63,786 nt of DNA, filler included, from Octopus bimaculoides (GCF_001194135.2; 8 parts of 8 records of this genome joined end to end with filler, not necessarily neighbours in it), one strand, 5' to 3'. Shown: positions 1 through 13,576, counted from the first letter of the whole stretch. Program-made: numbers and translations. The notes: a model not told the origin generated them from the letters alone.

Positions 1-160
1 AGTAGCGTCGGAGGATAAGTTTACGAAAACTACTTACAATTTTTGTGAGACGCTGCGTTCAATCATGTAAAAACAAATAGTAAATGAGTATATGCATATA
101 TACGTACAGGTATGTGCATACCGACATCCACCTGTATGTATAGGTGCATATCTGGGTACA

Positions 161-310
161 GGGCTTCTTTCAGTTTCCATCTACCAAATCCACTCACAAG
201 GCTTTGGTCGTCCCGAAGTTATAGTAGAAGACACCTGCTGAAGGTGCCACGTAGTGGGACTGAACTCGGAACTATCTGGTTGGGTAGCAAGCTTACCACA
301 CAGCCACGCT
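161..310 (-). mobile_element. tRNA-derived SINE family A, 5' head only
   Basis: The minus strand has an A-box-like GTGGCTGTGTGG and a B-box-like GAGTTCAGTCCC. It aligns closely with the head of the copy at 12299-12716. Confidence 0.8.
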
Positions 311-943
311 TATATGCATGCAAACGTACGTACATACATACATACATACATACATACATACATACATACATAAGTAATTGTGTGTGTGTGTGTGTGTGTG
401 TATGTGCTGTGCGTGTGTTTGCGCGCGCGTAACTGTACTGATTTTCCATTCTGAGATATATTTTATGAAAAACACTTGCAGTATTCATATAAATTAGGTC
501 AATGTTTTTAATTTTCCTTTACGGAGACAATACCTCTTAATTGATATCTAATGAGTTTCATAGAAATCCTTACTGAAGAGAGTTAGTGCGCTAATTAGGA
601 GATGCTGTGTAGAACTGTCAATTAGTTGCACGATATTTTAGGGAAAAAAAATTCTCCTGATTTGTTGACTCAGATCGGAAAGTAAGCCGTTTACCAAATT
701 CAGAACGCATTCCTTTCATTCTTTCATTCTTTTTTCCCTTCATTCTTCTTCTTTTCTTCTGCAACCTTACTGGCTCACATGACCACTTGACCACAGCGTT
801 CTCCTGTTTTTCGAGGGTTTAAGTGGCCGGTAGGTCGAATAGGACGCCAATCCGCACAGTATTAACTGTAGCTATAACTGGTAATTTGAGTGGAGTGGAA
901 CGCAGAAGAATGAGATGATTAATTGATGACACAGTACATCAAT

Positions 944-1447
944 CCCTCTCCAGAAATCCTATGGGAACAACTGAAAACCGCCATCCTACAGACCTCTGCA
1001 GAATTTCATGTGTTTACGAAGAAAAAGAACAAGGACTAGTTTGACGAAAACGATGTACTGATCTAGGAATTATTAAAGAAGAGGTCGGCCCACCAAACAC
1101 ACTTGGCACAACCGTCCTGCCCAGAGAAGAAAGCGGCCTTTTGCCAACCCTGCAGCTATCTGCAGCGCAAACTCTGTGAAGTTCACAGAAGGTGTGGTGA
1201 ACTAACCTCGCACGGAGAACCCAGCTGTGCGCTGACTCTGACGACTACAGAAGTGTCTACGAAGCTTTCAAGGTAGCTTACCGTCAAACACATCAAGTCC
1301 AGAGTCCCCTCCGCAGCTCAGATGGTCAGGCGCTTCTCACAGACACAGCATCTATCCTCAACTGCTACTCTGAATACTTTCAGGCCCTCTTCAATGGAAA
1401 CCGAGGTTTTCAGGAAAACGCATTCGTCTACATCCAGCAGCAACCAT
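944..1447 (+). mobile_element. RTE-clade LINE fragment (endonuclease-RT linker region), pseudogenised
   Basis: Manual translation gives PSPEILWEQLKTAILQTSAEF..KKKNKD*FDEND..KRSAHQTHLAQPSC..YEAFKVAY..QSPLRSSDGQALLTD..SEYFQALF, typical of an RTE ORF. It contains stops and a frameshift. Confidence 0.8.
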
Positions 1448-2459
1448 ATATATGTATATAGACTTATATACATATATGCTTATAAAATGAGAATGTTCCA
1501 AAATATGAATCAACCATGATTTAAATAAAGGTCTCCATGCTGTTAAAATAAGAGAATTTTTCTATTTATTGAGTTGGCGCTAACAATTGATAACAAAATA
1601 ATTTCAGTCATGTAATGGATGCTCTCAGAAACAGTGCAAAGCAAAATAAAAATTTGGTGGGAATGAAGACGAAGAGGAAGAACATGAATAGACATGAAAT
1701 TGAAAGAAAAGCTATGAATGTGTTGGAAATGATGCCGTTGTTGTATGCGGAAGAATACAGAATGGAACTAGTTTAAACGTATATTTACTCAAAAATTATA
1801 CCTATATAGAAAACAGCTTATTCAGCATACGAAAAGGAAATAACATTTCGTCGCCTTTTCGGTTAATTGTCTGGCAAATACTTGGTTTTATGAAAAGAAT
1901 ATGTGTGAAAAACAGTGATGCTGCGTAATCGCTATTGTTACAAAACTGTATTCACAACTATTGTTAGAGAATACACGCGCTCGCACACACACACACATTT
2001 ATATGCATATCGATTTATCAATAAAAGAAAGAGAACCGTATTGCTTGGGTGTTAATTAGCAGGTAGTTTTACTGATGACTAATAGTTACATTTGTATAAT
2101 AAGATGTTACACATTAGGAACGGGATACCACTATGATTTAAATAAGACATAAACAAGAGTATACAATATATATAATCGTGTACGACAGAAGTTAGATATA
2201 AGACAGAAGGGTGAAGGTAAAGAAGGTTGACCAAGCTGATTTAATCGAAGATAACCCCAATACTGTCGCGTTCGTTACCTAGACGTTCGCGAAACCACAG
2301 TAACTACGAAACAATTGGCATAACCAGGAAAAATTAACCCAACTGATGACTCAATCCAGACATTTGTGGTCCCTCAAGAGCCAAACAGAGATCTAACTGG
2401 AATGTCTTCGCCTCCTAGAGGTTGCTACTATCTGACCTCTTATTGCTGTAGTCTCTTTT

Positions 2460-3090
2460 CTAATAAATTTTCTCTTTTAACCAATATCATGTAATTGTTT
2501 ATGCGTTGTTGGTAGCCAGGACGGTTGGTTACAGTCGTCTCACAAGCCAGGTTATCAAAGCTAGTCTGCTTCCGAGTTGACTTCAGGTGATCTTTTTAGC
2601 ATCGAAGAGGGACCTCTCTTTGTCTTTTCCCAGTTGCCAGCTCACTGAAGAGGATTTGACGAGCAAGTCGTACATCGTTCATTTTGGTAGCATGTCTGAC
2701 TCATCGAAGACGATATTTGACGATTATGGATTCGATGCTCTGGATATTCGCTCTTTTCATGACGGACTTATTGGAGACATAGTCAAAACACTTGATGTTC
2801 AAGAGAGAGCAAAACTTCAATTGATGAAAGCTTTCGAAGTTTTTGATATCACGACGATACAAAGTCCATTTCAGAACCATATAAGAGCATGGAAATGACA
2901 ACAGCTTGGTAGACCATACTTTTCGTTTTCAAAGTCAAGTATTTGTTTTTGAATACACATTTTGTTAGTTTACCGAAAGTTGAGTGAGCCGATACGGATC
3001 TTCATTTGACATTCGTGCAGCAATGTCGATGTTGAGCCTGGCGAGTTCTTTAGAGACGTGGTCAGTTCGGCTTTCGGGTCTGTCAGTTTC
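2460..3090 (-). mobile_element. Internally deleted RTE-clade LINE (endonuclease N-terminus fused to the post-RT region)
   Basis: The minus strand reads TDRPESRTDHVSKELARLNIDIAA, then SAHSTFGKLTKCVFKNKYLTLKTKSMVYQAVVISMLLYGSE/WTLYRRDIKNFESFHQ..RLARQILFSELATGKRQR. Confidence 0.8.
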
Positions 3091-3649
3091 TATGGTTAAA
3101 GCATAGAACGAAGAAGCAGGAAAGCAAGACGAGCAGTAGAAACAGAAAATATAAAGTCGTACAAAGGAAGGAAACTGATTGCGTGGGTTTGATTGAGGTA
3201 GATGAAGACTTACAAGGGGTGACCCGCGGGCTGTGATTTCAAGACCCTCCTCTGCTGCACATAAGGCATGAAACTCGCGGGAACTGGAAACGAAACTCCA
3301 ACGGACTACTGCAGGTTCTAAGTTAAGGTTTAATCGCGCCTTCTACCTGACATTTCCTTCATCCGCCGACATAAATCGTTGAGCACATGTAGCCATGACA
3401 ATATGAGAGGCTCTTCTTCCGCTTCTTCCGCTGTTGGAGAATTACCAGTTGATGGAGGGAGTCAGATGTTGTTTTTAGATCTACTGGGAATACATCGCAC
3501 CCTTCACAAGGAGACATGCTCAAAGGGATGTGTCGCTTTAGTCAGTGACATACCAACCATAGCCCGGGAGAGTAGGGGGTACATGGTCACCCGTTTCTGG
3601 CTCCACATGGAGACAGCCCAGACCATGTGTGTATGTATGGAAGGATGGA

Positions 3650-3692
<43 letters not shown>

Positions 3693-3760
3693 ATTATACA
3701 CACATGTAAGCAAGTACATATCTATATCTATGTAGCTCTTACACACTCAAACATATACGT

Positions 3761-4076
3761 AAACTGGCACTCCGTTATGACAACGAGGGTTCCAGTTGAT
3801 CCGACCAACGGAACAACCTGCACATGAAATTAACGTGCAAGTGGCGGAGCACTCTACAAATACGTTTACCTTTAACACAGTCCTGAGCGAGATTCAGTGT
3901 GTATGACAATTCTGGCCCTTTGAAATACAGGTACTACTCGATTTAGCCTGCTGAGTGAACTGGAGTAACGTGAAATAAAGTGTCATGCTGAAGGACACAA
4001 CAAATCACCGGAAACTGAACTCACGACCATACGATCGTGAGACGAGTACCCTAACCACTAAGCCACGCACTTTCAC
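3761..4076 (-). mobile_element. tRNA-derived SINE family C, near full length
   Basis: The minus strand starts GCGTGGCTTAGTGGTTAGGG (A box) ..GAGTTCAG (B box). The head is homologous to 13639 and 40686; the tail GGAACCCTCG is shared with 13890-13917. Confidence 0.75.
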
Positions 4077-4097
4077 AAATATACATGCTTATACACA

Positions 4098-4098
<1 letters not shown>

Positions 4099-4171
<73 letters not shown>
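4099..4171. repeat. (CA)n microsatellite, one example of many in the window
   Basis: Direct read of the sequence. Confidence 0.95.
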
Positions 4172-4174
<3 letters not shown>

Positions 4175-4349
4175 TGTTGCTTAATATATGGATCCTTAGA
4201 ATCGTGTGTCTATCACAGAAAGCTCTTCTGGCAGATTTGACTGGCAGAGTACATAGAAATCCAATACAGTAGAGTATAATGCAGAATTCTATGCCGCTGC
4301 ATAGAATTTATTTCATAAAAAGTATACAAACCATAAAAAAAGTCAGGAG

Positions 4350-4530
4350 ACTTGAAAGGTAAATATTTTTATTTAACCACTTACGATACTTAGGACTACG
4401 GCCGTTTCGCAGCCTTCATCATGTAATAATAATTTTAGTGCTTAATAAATTTTCTTTACATATCTGAACTAGTATACATGTTGAGCATATATTTACAAAT
4501 CACTGAAGACAAAGAAAGCTAGCTCATCAG
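4350..4530. mobile_element. Probable Penelope-like terminal remnant(s)
   Basis: Minus strand: ATGATGAAGGCTGCGAAACGGCCGTA followed by AAATAAA. Plus strand: CTGAAGA..GAAAGCTAGCTC at 4503-4525. Both resemble PLE end motifs elsewhere in the window. Confidence 0.35.
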
Positions 4531-5697
4531 ATCACCAGAACATCGTGGCTACATCAATTCTTCAAGTCCAAGTTCATATACAAAATTTTATCTTTGTATA
4601 TAAAATGTATGGGAGACTGATATGAGATAAAATTAATTTGGTATGTTCATTAAAATAATATATTTTCTTTGTTTCATATCAATTGCAGTGATGGATCTAA
4701 ATTTATAAAATTGGTCATCCTTAATGTTAACAAGAAAATGGAAAAGATAGGAGAGGAAGAAGTCACAGTAAATAAAACAAATTTAAAAAGTATATAAATC
4801 TATATTAAAGAGTAATATAAATAAATTCAATGGCTATATTCTAACGATGTTTTTTTTTTTTCTATTTAAATATCAGATCAGTTGCCTGTCATATATAATC
4901 ACGGATTATTTCTTAAATTAAAGCACATTCAAAATTAGTGTTTTCTTAATAATTTCTTAGTTTCATACTGTTTAGATTTCTGCATCACCTTTTTAATACA
5001 AATATATTTTTTCATCTTCTGATGTAAGTTTATAATTTATAATCCCACTTTATTCATGCTATTAAAACTAATTATACAATAATAAGCAGTACCATCTAAG
5101 GCCTGGGTTATCTGGGCAATTGCTTAAGGACCCAACAGTCTAGGGGCTCAAGTTAACCGTGGTGACATTTGAACTCAGAACGTAAAATCAGTCGAAATAC
5201 CTCTAAGCATTATGCCCAGTGTGCTCGCCGCTCTAAATAATTTGAATTGTTATTTGTTGAAGGACATTAACAGAAAAGTTTGTCTAAAATATATCATGAG
5301 CTGTAAGAGAGAACCTTCGGTAAACATCAGAGTTCTCGAATTCAGTTTCAAAGATATTTGCAATAACTAATGCAACTTGTTGCAGTCATTTCAAAATAAC
5401 GCTAAATAAATAGAAGGAATGTAGTAAGTATTGCAAAATCACAAGAAAAAAAGAGAGAAAAATCCACGGGAGATAACTTTAAAATTTGTAATTACCTCCC
5501 TCACACTAGAATGTTTAGATGAAAATAGACCTATTGCTGTTTGTATTTTAATCTAAAATAAAATAAAGAGTCTAGTAAATGAGGAGCATGGATCTAAGCT
5601 TGGGTCATAATATTATTTAATTGTCAGACGCACATTCTTCCTCATTTATACTACATTTTTTCCATATAGTTCATAGTCGTTAATATATTGCAAACAT

Positions 5698-5912
5698 GGC
5701 GGCGAGCTGGCAGAATCGTTAGCACACCTAACAAAATACTTAGCTGCATTTCATCCGTTTGCACGTTCTGAGGTTCAAATTTCGCCGAGGTCGACTTTGC
5801 CTTTCATCATTTCGAGTCGATAAAATATGTACCAGTTAAACACTGGGGTCGATGCAATTGACTTAGCCCTTCCCCCAAACCTGGTGGCTTTGTGACAAAA
5901 TTTGAAACCAAT
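5698..5912 (+). mobile_element. SINE family B, full length
   Basis: GGCGGCGAGCTGGCAGAATCGTTAG head, GGTTCAAATT B box, central GCCTTTCATC..GTCGATAAAA..GTACCAG block and AAATTTGAAAC end. Homologous to 31409-31620. Confidence 0.8.
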
Positions 5913-6599
5913 ATATCGTGAACATGATGTTCAAAGCCAGCTAATCAAGTTAAATACAGAAAAACTTATAGTTTGCCTTACATAATCGTAGTCAGTACGG
6001 GAACTTTATTTTTAAAGAATATACGTGGAAAATCCAGCAGACATCAGCAAACGAAAGAGGTAGTTTTTATATAAACCGACAACAGAGTAGTCTCTAAATG
6101 GTTTCTCAAGTTGTTAGAAATAGAAGCCACATTTCCTCTAAAACGTATCCTGCCATCTTCAAAGTTTGACTCTACATATAGTAATGTAAGGTCATGAGTG
6201 GGCCGTCGTTGCTTACAGTTTTAACTAGTTCAGAACTAACTTGAAACTAAAGAACTGTATTCTGCTGTGCTTCAGCTAAATACCGTTTCCATTTGTCAGC
6301 GAAATATACAACTAGTGTTGACAGAACGTTCTATATAATCTCTGTTGGGATTAATTTCGTTAAGTCTGTCGAATCGCTAAGTTAATACTTCACAATCAAG
6401 GTGTTAAATACTACTGAATCATTTATAATTCATACAGTTAGATCTACTGTATAATTTATTATATATACATTTGTTCCGGGGTATTGAAGGTTGCAATACC
6501 ACCTCTTAACCACTATTGTTCCCAGGTCTACTCTGACCCGGATCAATACCACTTGTCAGGCCCCCAGTTATGGCAGGAGCATATAACAACCCGAATCAG

Positions 6600-6890
6600 G
6601 GTACGTTAAAATTTGGTGTGCAGGATGGTGGATGGATGTAAAATACTCCGGCAAATTGAGCGAATGAAGAGACAACAAACTGTCAGTGGCCAAGATCAAT
6701 CAATTCAGTTACTGAAATACTGCTATGATATGTGATCATGGTGAACGTAGATGAGATATTTCGACTAGCGGAAGAGCAATGTGACTAAAATCCAGGCCAC
6801 ATATCCATGCCTCATCGTTCCAACGAGGCTTCTGCTGTGGTAAAGTTACACTGGTCCAGGAGAATCACCTGACTTAGATGATTCACCCAA
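6600..6890 (+). mobile_element. Possible heavily degraded RTE-type endonuclease N-terminus
   Basis: Fragmentary resemblance (TLKFG.., SGKLSE, WPRS, NVTKIQATYP) across several frames with many stops. Confidence 0.3.
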
Positions 6891-7431
6891 TAATACAGTT
6901 TGATTGCAAATAAGCTTTGTTATATCGAGCCACACCATAACCATGTGTATACTCATAGTTTTGCCTTATATACTTGTTTATGTATGATTTGATTGTAGTG
7001 AAGCTGTTATTGGCTTGGTTGCAGTTAATTCGTTATTGTAGCATCGATAAATTCATATCACCATAATTTGATATGGTAAATATAGAGTCCACATCAGGTA
7101 AGGATATAGTATGATTACTATGAAAATGTATAGCGATTCAATGCTGCATCGTCGATAGATTCACATAACCATGGCCTGCTGTGGCATACGTAGTGTAAAT
7201 CTGACAATGATACAAATGTTGGCAAGTGAATATCTTCACAAGATATCTTGTAAAGCAATTTTATTTTACTAATTATATTAAAAAACCCCCAAAAACGCCA
7301 TATCTGTTCAAAGGTCGCAAGTATAGTAATAAGTTCACTTTGCAAATTTTTTTTTCCTTTTTTTTTACACACGCACACATACAAATAAATGAATCTATCT
7401 GTCTATCTATCTATCTATCTATCTATCTATA

Positions 7432-7466
<35 letters not shown>

Positions 7467-7929
7467 TAGTCTGTCTGTCTATCTGTATGTCCGTCTGTCT
7501 GTCTGCGCGCACGCGTGTGTGTGTTGGGTGGTTGAGCATGTATTCATGCATTCATGCGTGTAAATATATGAATTGGCTAGTAGTGCATAATCTTTTTCAT
7601 GCGGAAGGTGACTTGATAATAAAGAGCACAACAGAAAGTGCTATTAAAGTTATAATCTTTCTAGGAAAGAAAGAAGAGTTACTCCCTATAGCAGATGTCA
7701 CCCGCGCATAAGTACAATAAAAAACAAAAAGGAAATAATTCGTTGCTGTCCTCACGATAGCAAAATATTTATAACAACATAATGGTCACAGTCTTCAGAC
7801 TAGACTACGGAGAACATCAGCACAAACTCAACTGACAAAGTTGAAAATATTGATTTTTAGGTTGAAGTATTGCACAGGTGGCACTTTGTGCTATGTTGGG
7901 ATAGGAATCGAACATGAATGGCTCCCGAA

Positions 7930-8230
7930 TCAGGCTGTAACTCAAGAATTATCTTGACAGTCATCAGGAGCTGTTGGAACTGACAATATGAATGGATTTT
8001 GCACGATATCCAACTACTCACAAGAAACTTCTGGAAAATAATTCATTCTTCAGTACTGTCAAATGCTGCATAATTCCATTTTCTGCAAATTTCAGAAACA
8101 TTTGGTCTTCATTACCTGCAGCGATAATTGATGACATTTTCTCAAATATTGCAAAATTTCTAATATTGACGTTTTTGTTTCAAATTTCTAGTTTGCACAT
8201 GAAGGCTTTCGAGTAATTGTCAGTTCTGTC
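7930..8230 (-). mobile_element. hAT (Charlie/Buster-like) transposase fragment
   Basis: The minus strand reads KAFMCKLEI*NKNVNIRNFAIFEKMSSII..MQHLTVLKNEL / PEVSCE*LDIVQNPFILSVPTAPDDCQD, resembling the C-terminal half of Buster/Charlie transposases. Confidence 0.65.
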
Positions 8231-9315
8231 AAATGGAGAAATTCTTAACTCACGATAAAATAAATACATGAGTTAAAATCTAGGAATGGAGTACACCAAC
8301 AAGGCTAAATTTCAATGAGTGAAACCAGTAAACGAATAAAACTAATAAGTATATGTTACGGAAGCAATAAATCAAAAAGACGAGTTAGTGAAATATCGAA
8401 GGAATTTATTATGAAGAGCAAACTTTAGTGTTCCAATAGAAAGTAAAAAGAGACAAAAGGATTGTTTGCTTGACCAGATATTTGGAGTGGACAGCAACCG
8501 GACGTTGTGAGATATTAGTCAGCGAGGGTGTATCTGTATATTCGCTCAAAGGTGCTACATCAAACAATTAAATTTCACTTCAATAACATCCTTGCGTCAC
8601 ACACATACACACATGCACACGGACACACGAACGCACACAGACACACGTACACAGACACACACGCACGCACGTATACAGATACACAAACACACGCACACAC
8701 GCACACACACACACACGTGCACACTCATGTATATACATATTCATATACTGAGTTCGATTAAACCGGCCGGCTAAAATATCTTTGATCAACGATTTGTTCA
8801 GTTAAGTCTAACCTGAGGCTAACCAACTACCATCATTTTATAATCACTGTATTTGTACTGAACCGCAAAAGAAATGCGATGTTTTCAAATGTCATTTTTA
8901 TATGGTAAATTCTGAAAATTTGTTTCAAGGATTTAAGTGTAAATATTCCAAGGCATGCTGGTTTAAAGTTGAGACCCAAATTATAGGTAACCTTTCAACT
9001 TTCCCTGAAGTGAGATGCCAAAACGCAGATGCATTGAATGCTGTTGTTGGCAGTCGCAAACAATTATCATTAAAACCGAAATGCACGTGCATCGCGTGGA
9101 TGTTACGGGTATCAAAATCAACTAGAATCGCGTTCCTGGAATTCGAAATTAGTTGTCAAGAGTTAGAGTCGTGAATTACGGTCAGAGTCACTTGCTTGCT
9201 TATAGTTGTTGAACATTGTTACTGTGTGTGTTTAATACACCTTTGTTTTACTGCTTTGCGGCGGTTTTGTTATCATTTTCCCTTTATTCGATAGTGGAAG
9301 CGCTTTTTGTATAAC

Positions 9316-10040
9316 ATGAATACTGGTTGTAAAAGGTTAAGTCATTCTAAAGTAGATTCGTTAGAGAGTGAATTGATGGAATTCTTGGATAACATAAAGG
9401 AGGAGTTGTCAAGCGGTAAAAGCATAATGGATATTAACAACAAGAAGGATATCAAAAGTCTTGCGGCTGCGGCTGGAGCTTCGAAAAAGGAGTTAAAATT
9501 TGAAATACAGGATTTAAAGACGTTCAAGGACCTGTTGAAAAAGGAGGGGGCGCAGTTGAGCTGACCCCTACGGGAATAGTTACTCAGGATACATTGAAGA
9601 AAACAATATTATTTAAAACGTTTATAGAAAAAAATAGATGTGGCAACAAAGGTCCAAATCGAAAAGTGCTCAGGAACTATCTCACCGGAAATTACGTACC
9701 TGGCCAGCAGTAACAGACATACTTTGGTGAAAGTGTAGTTTCAAACAGAGGAAAAGGCCAGGCAACACACCGTGACATCACCGAAGACGGATGATGTGAT
9801 TCTTGTACCATCATACCTTCGAAGGCGAAATTCCAGAGTAAGAGTCGAAGAAATTCCACCAGAGGTGGCTGTTGTCTGGATGGTAGTGGCGGTAACATTA
9901 GGCTTAGAGGAGAGGATAACAATCATCCAAGCATCAAGAACACAAATACAAAACTGGCTAGGGCAAGGGCTAGAGATTATTATCCAGGCTGTCTCGTAGG
10001 ACATAGAAAGTATTTTGGACACCATTTTGGTGGGTGACAT
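9316..10040 (+). mobile_element. Degraded ORF1/gag-like region, probably of an L1/Tx1-type non-LTR retrotransposon
   Basis: An 82-codon K/E/L-rich ORF (MNTGCKRLSHSKVDSLESELMEFL..) continues through frameshifts into ..VKV*FQTEEKARQH..LVPSYLRRRNSRVRVEEIPPEVAVVW..NWLGQGLEIIIQA. The family call rests on remembered resemblance only. Confidence 0.45.
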
Positions 10041-11158
10041 GTTAATATATACATGCATATATATATATATATATACATATATACACATATATATACATAC
10101 ACACACACACACCTATACATATATGCGTATCCTTATCTCCGTTCAGATACACATATATACACACATACACACACTTATATGCNNNNNNNNNNNNNNNNNN
10201 NNNNNNNNNNNNNNNNNNNNNNNNNNNNNNNNNNNNNNNNNNNNNNNNNNNNNNNNNNNNNNNNNNNNNNNNNNNNNNNNNNNNNNNNNNNNNNNNNNNN
10301 NNNNNNNNNNNNNNNNNNNNNNNNNNNNNNNNNNNNNNNNNNNNNNNNNNNNNNNNNNNNNNNNNNNNNNNNNNNNNNNNNNNNNNNNNNNNNNNNNNNN
10401 NNNNNNNNNNNNNNNNNNNNNNNNNNNNNNNNNNNNNNNNNNNNNNNNNNNNNNNNNNNNNNNNNNNNNNNNNNNNNNNNNNNNNNNNNNNNNNNNNNNN
10501 NNNNNNNNNNNNNNNNNNNNNNNNNNNNNNNNNNNNNNNNNNNNNNNNNNNNNNNNNNNNNNNNNNNNNNNNNNNNNNNNNNNNNNNNNNNNNNNNNNNN
10601 NNNNNNNNNNNNNNNNNNNNNNNNNNNNNNNNNNNNNNNNNNNNNNNNNNNNNNNNNNNNNNNNNNNNNNNNNNNNNNNNNNNNNNNNNNNNNNNNNNNN
10701 NNNNNNNNNNNNNNNNNNNNNNNNNNNNNNNNNNNNNNNNNNNNNNNNNNNNNNNNNNNNNNNNNNNNNNNNNNNNNNNNNNNNNNNNNNNNNNNNNNNN
10801 NNNNNNNNNNNNNNNNNNNNNNNNNNNNNNNNNNNNNNNNNNNNNNNNNNNNNNNNNNNNNNNNNNNNNNNNNNNNNNNNNNNNNNNNNNNNNNNNNNNN
10901 NNNNNNNNNNNNNNNNNNNNNNNNNNNNNNNNNNNNNNNNNNNNNNNNNNNNNNNNNNNNNNNNNNNNNNNNNNNNNNNNNNNNNNNNNNNNNNNNNNNN
11001 NNNNNNNNNNNNNNNNNNNNNNNNNNNNNNNNNNNNNNNNNNNNNNNNNNNNNNNNNNNNNNNNNNNNNNNNNNNNNNNNNNNNNNNNNNNNNNNNNNNN
11101 NNNNNNNNNNNNNNNNNNNNNNNNNNNNNNNNNNNNNNNNNNNNNNNNNNNNNNNNNN

Positions 11159-11202
<44 letters not shown>

Positions 11203-11708
11203 ATGTATGTATGTGTATGTATGTATATAGGTGCATATACACGGGTAAAGAAAGGAACGGGTAATATAGTATAGTACAACACAATTAATTGTTTGATCTC
11301 CAAATAAAATGTAAATAAGTGACTCTACCAAATAAGGGTAGATATGAAATAAAAGTAAGAACTGAGAACAAAATAAATAGAGGGTCAAGTTTTTTTTATA
11401 TAAAAACCATGGAAAAAAATGGTAATAGCAAAGACTGATAAAATATCAAAATATTAATAAATTTTTTTAGTAAAGGGGCTTGTAATGATTCCTAGGAGGT
11501 TTGATGGCTGAACTGTGATCTCTCTTAGCAAAGTAAAGAGACCTAACAATTATAATGTAAAATGAAATAATAGACATGTGAACCCTCTAGGGGAATGAAT
11601 ATAGTCGACATATAGGGGATAATAGATAATAAATTGAAAAATTAATAAGTAAATTAATAGATAAATAAATTAATAAATAAATTAATAAATAAGTAAATAA
11701 ATAAAATA

Positions 11709-11808
11709 NNNNNNNNNNNNNNNNNNNNNNNNNNNNNNNNNNNNNNNNNNNNTTAATTAATTAANNNNNNNNNNNNNNNNNNNNNNNNNNNNNNNNNNNN
11801 NNNNNNNN
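11709..11808. other. Artificial scaffold spacer (44N-TTAATTAATTAA-44N)
   Basis: Exact 100-bp construct with stop codons in all six frames, repeated seven times in the window. Confidence 0.95.
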
Positions 11809-11851
<43 letters not shown>

Positions 11852-12298
11852 AATGTATACACACTTACATACATGCGACTTTTGAACATATCTGTATTAA
11901 AAATTTGCTTACACTACAACAAAAACGTATGCTACTGACAATACATACATGTACATATATATATATATATATATACTGTATATATGTGTGTGTGTGTATA
12001 ACATACATAGAAGTGAAAGGACGTGTGACAGAAAAGCATTCAAAGTATGTAGGCGTTTATGAATACAGCAAATATATGTACAATTATATACGTGGGTGTT
12101 TCTACAATTACCCATTTATGTGTGTGTGTGTGTGTGTGTTTGTGTGTGTGTGCGTGCGTGCGTGCGTGTGTGTATAAGTTTATATATATATACGTACATA
12201 TATGTATAAATTTATATAAATATATGTATACGCATATATAATATATATATACATATATTTTATATATATATATATCAATACTTATATACTCTTTTTTT

Positions 12299-12506
12299 TA
12301 CTCTTTTACTTGTTTCAGTCTTTTGACTGCGGCCATGATGGAGCACCGCCTTTAGTCGAGCAAATCGACCCCAAGACTTATTCTTTGGAAGCCTAGTACT
12401 TATTCTATCGGTCTCTTTTGCCGAACCGCTAAGTTATGGGGACATAAACACACCAGCATCGGTTGTCAAGCGATGTTGGGAGGACAAACACAGACATACA
12501 AACACG

Positions 12507-12544
<38 letters not shown>

Positions 12545-12716
12545 CATATATACGACAGGCTTCTTTCAGTTTCCGTCTACTAAATCCACTCACAAGGCTT
12601 TGGTCGGCCCGAGGCTATAGTAGAAGACACTTGCCCAAGATGCCACGCAGTGGGACTGAACCCGGGACCATGTTGTTGGTAACCAAGCTACTTACCACAC
12701 AGCCACTCCTACGCCT
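12299..12716 (-). mobile_element. SINE family A, full length (tRNA head, CORE-like segment, internal microsatellite, LINE-like tail)
   Basis: A and B boxes, ATCTTGGGCAAGTGTCTT (CORE-like), internal (TA)n(TG)n, and tail GGCGGTGCTCCATCATGGCCGCAGTCAAAAGACTGAAACAAGTAAAAG. Confidence 0.85.
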
Positions 12717-12743
12717 ATATATATATACATATATATATATACA

Positions 12744-12783
<40 letters not shown>

Positions 12784-12814
12784 TGACTGTATGTATGTAT
12801 GTATGTATGTATGT

Positions 12815-12860
<46 letters not shown>

Positions 12861-13480
12861 TTGTTACTCCACGAATAATTTTCAACAATTGAAAAGAAAA
12901 AAGAAACTGAATTCGAAGAAGAGTGGGGTGTAATATGGTACTCAAGATACAGAATGACCATTTATGTTTCGGGTAGAAGGATGCTGTACGTAGAGAGAAT
13001 ACAATTTTTAGTTGCATCAAGAAGTTATCGACCCGATAGATGCAAAAATAATACACTTTCCGAGTAGAATAGGCTTGATTTACACAATACTTAAGTAACC
13101 ATTCTGTATCATAATGTATAATGACTGCGCGTGCGTGTGTCTGTATACTTGTGTGTGTCCCTGTTTGTTGTGACTGTTCTGGTTAATATACAGACAAGCA
13201 TATATGGATTGAAATAACGAATGAAATTCATTTGTCCCCAGCACTATTAGGAAATAACATTGACTGACCTTTAAAGGCCTGATATATATGAAAATAGCGA
13301 CAGATGATGGAAGGTACGAGATATTTTTCGAAGGATAATGAATTATTTATATTTACTTGAGACAATAAGTTATCGAAATAGTGATGTTCATGCAGTTTCC
13401 CAATTCTTTAATAGAAAGAATTAACGTTTTTTGAGTCTTGATACCTCAATTAAACAATTATGTAAGCGTATGTAAACACA

Positions 13481-13576
<96 letters not shown>

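Noticed and set aside
3400-3620. Minus-strand peptide WSQKRVTMYPLLSRA resembling a hAT dimerisation motif
   Set aside because: The match is too short and the downstream consensus (ATS..ER.FS) is not recognisable.
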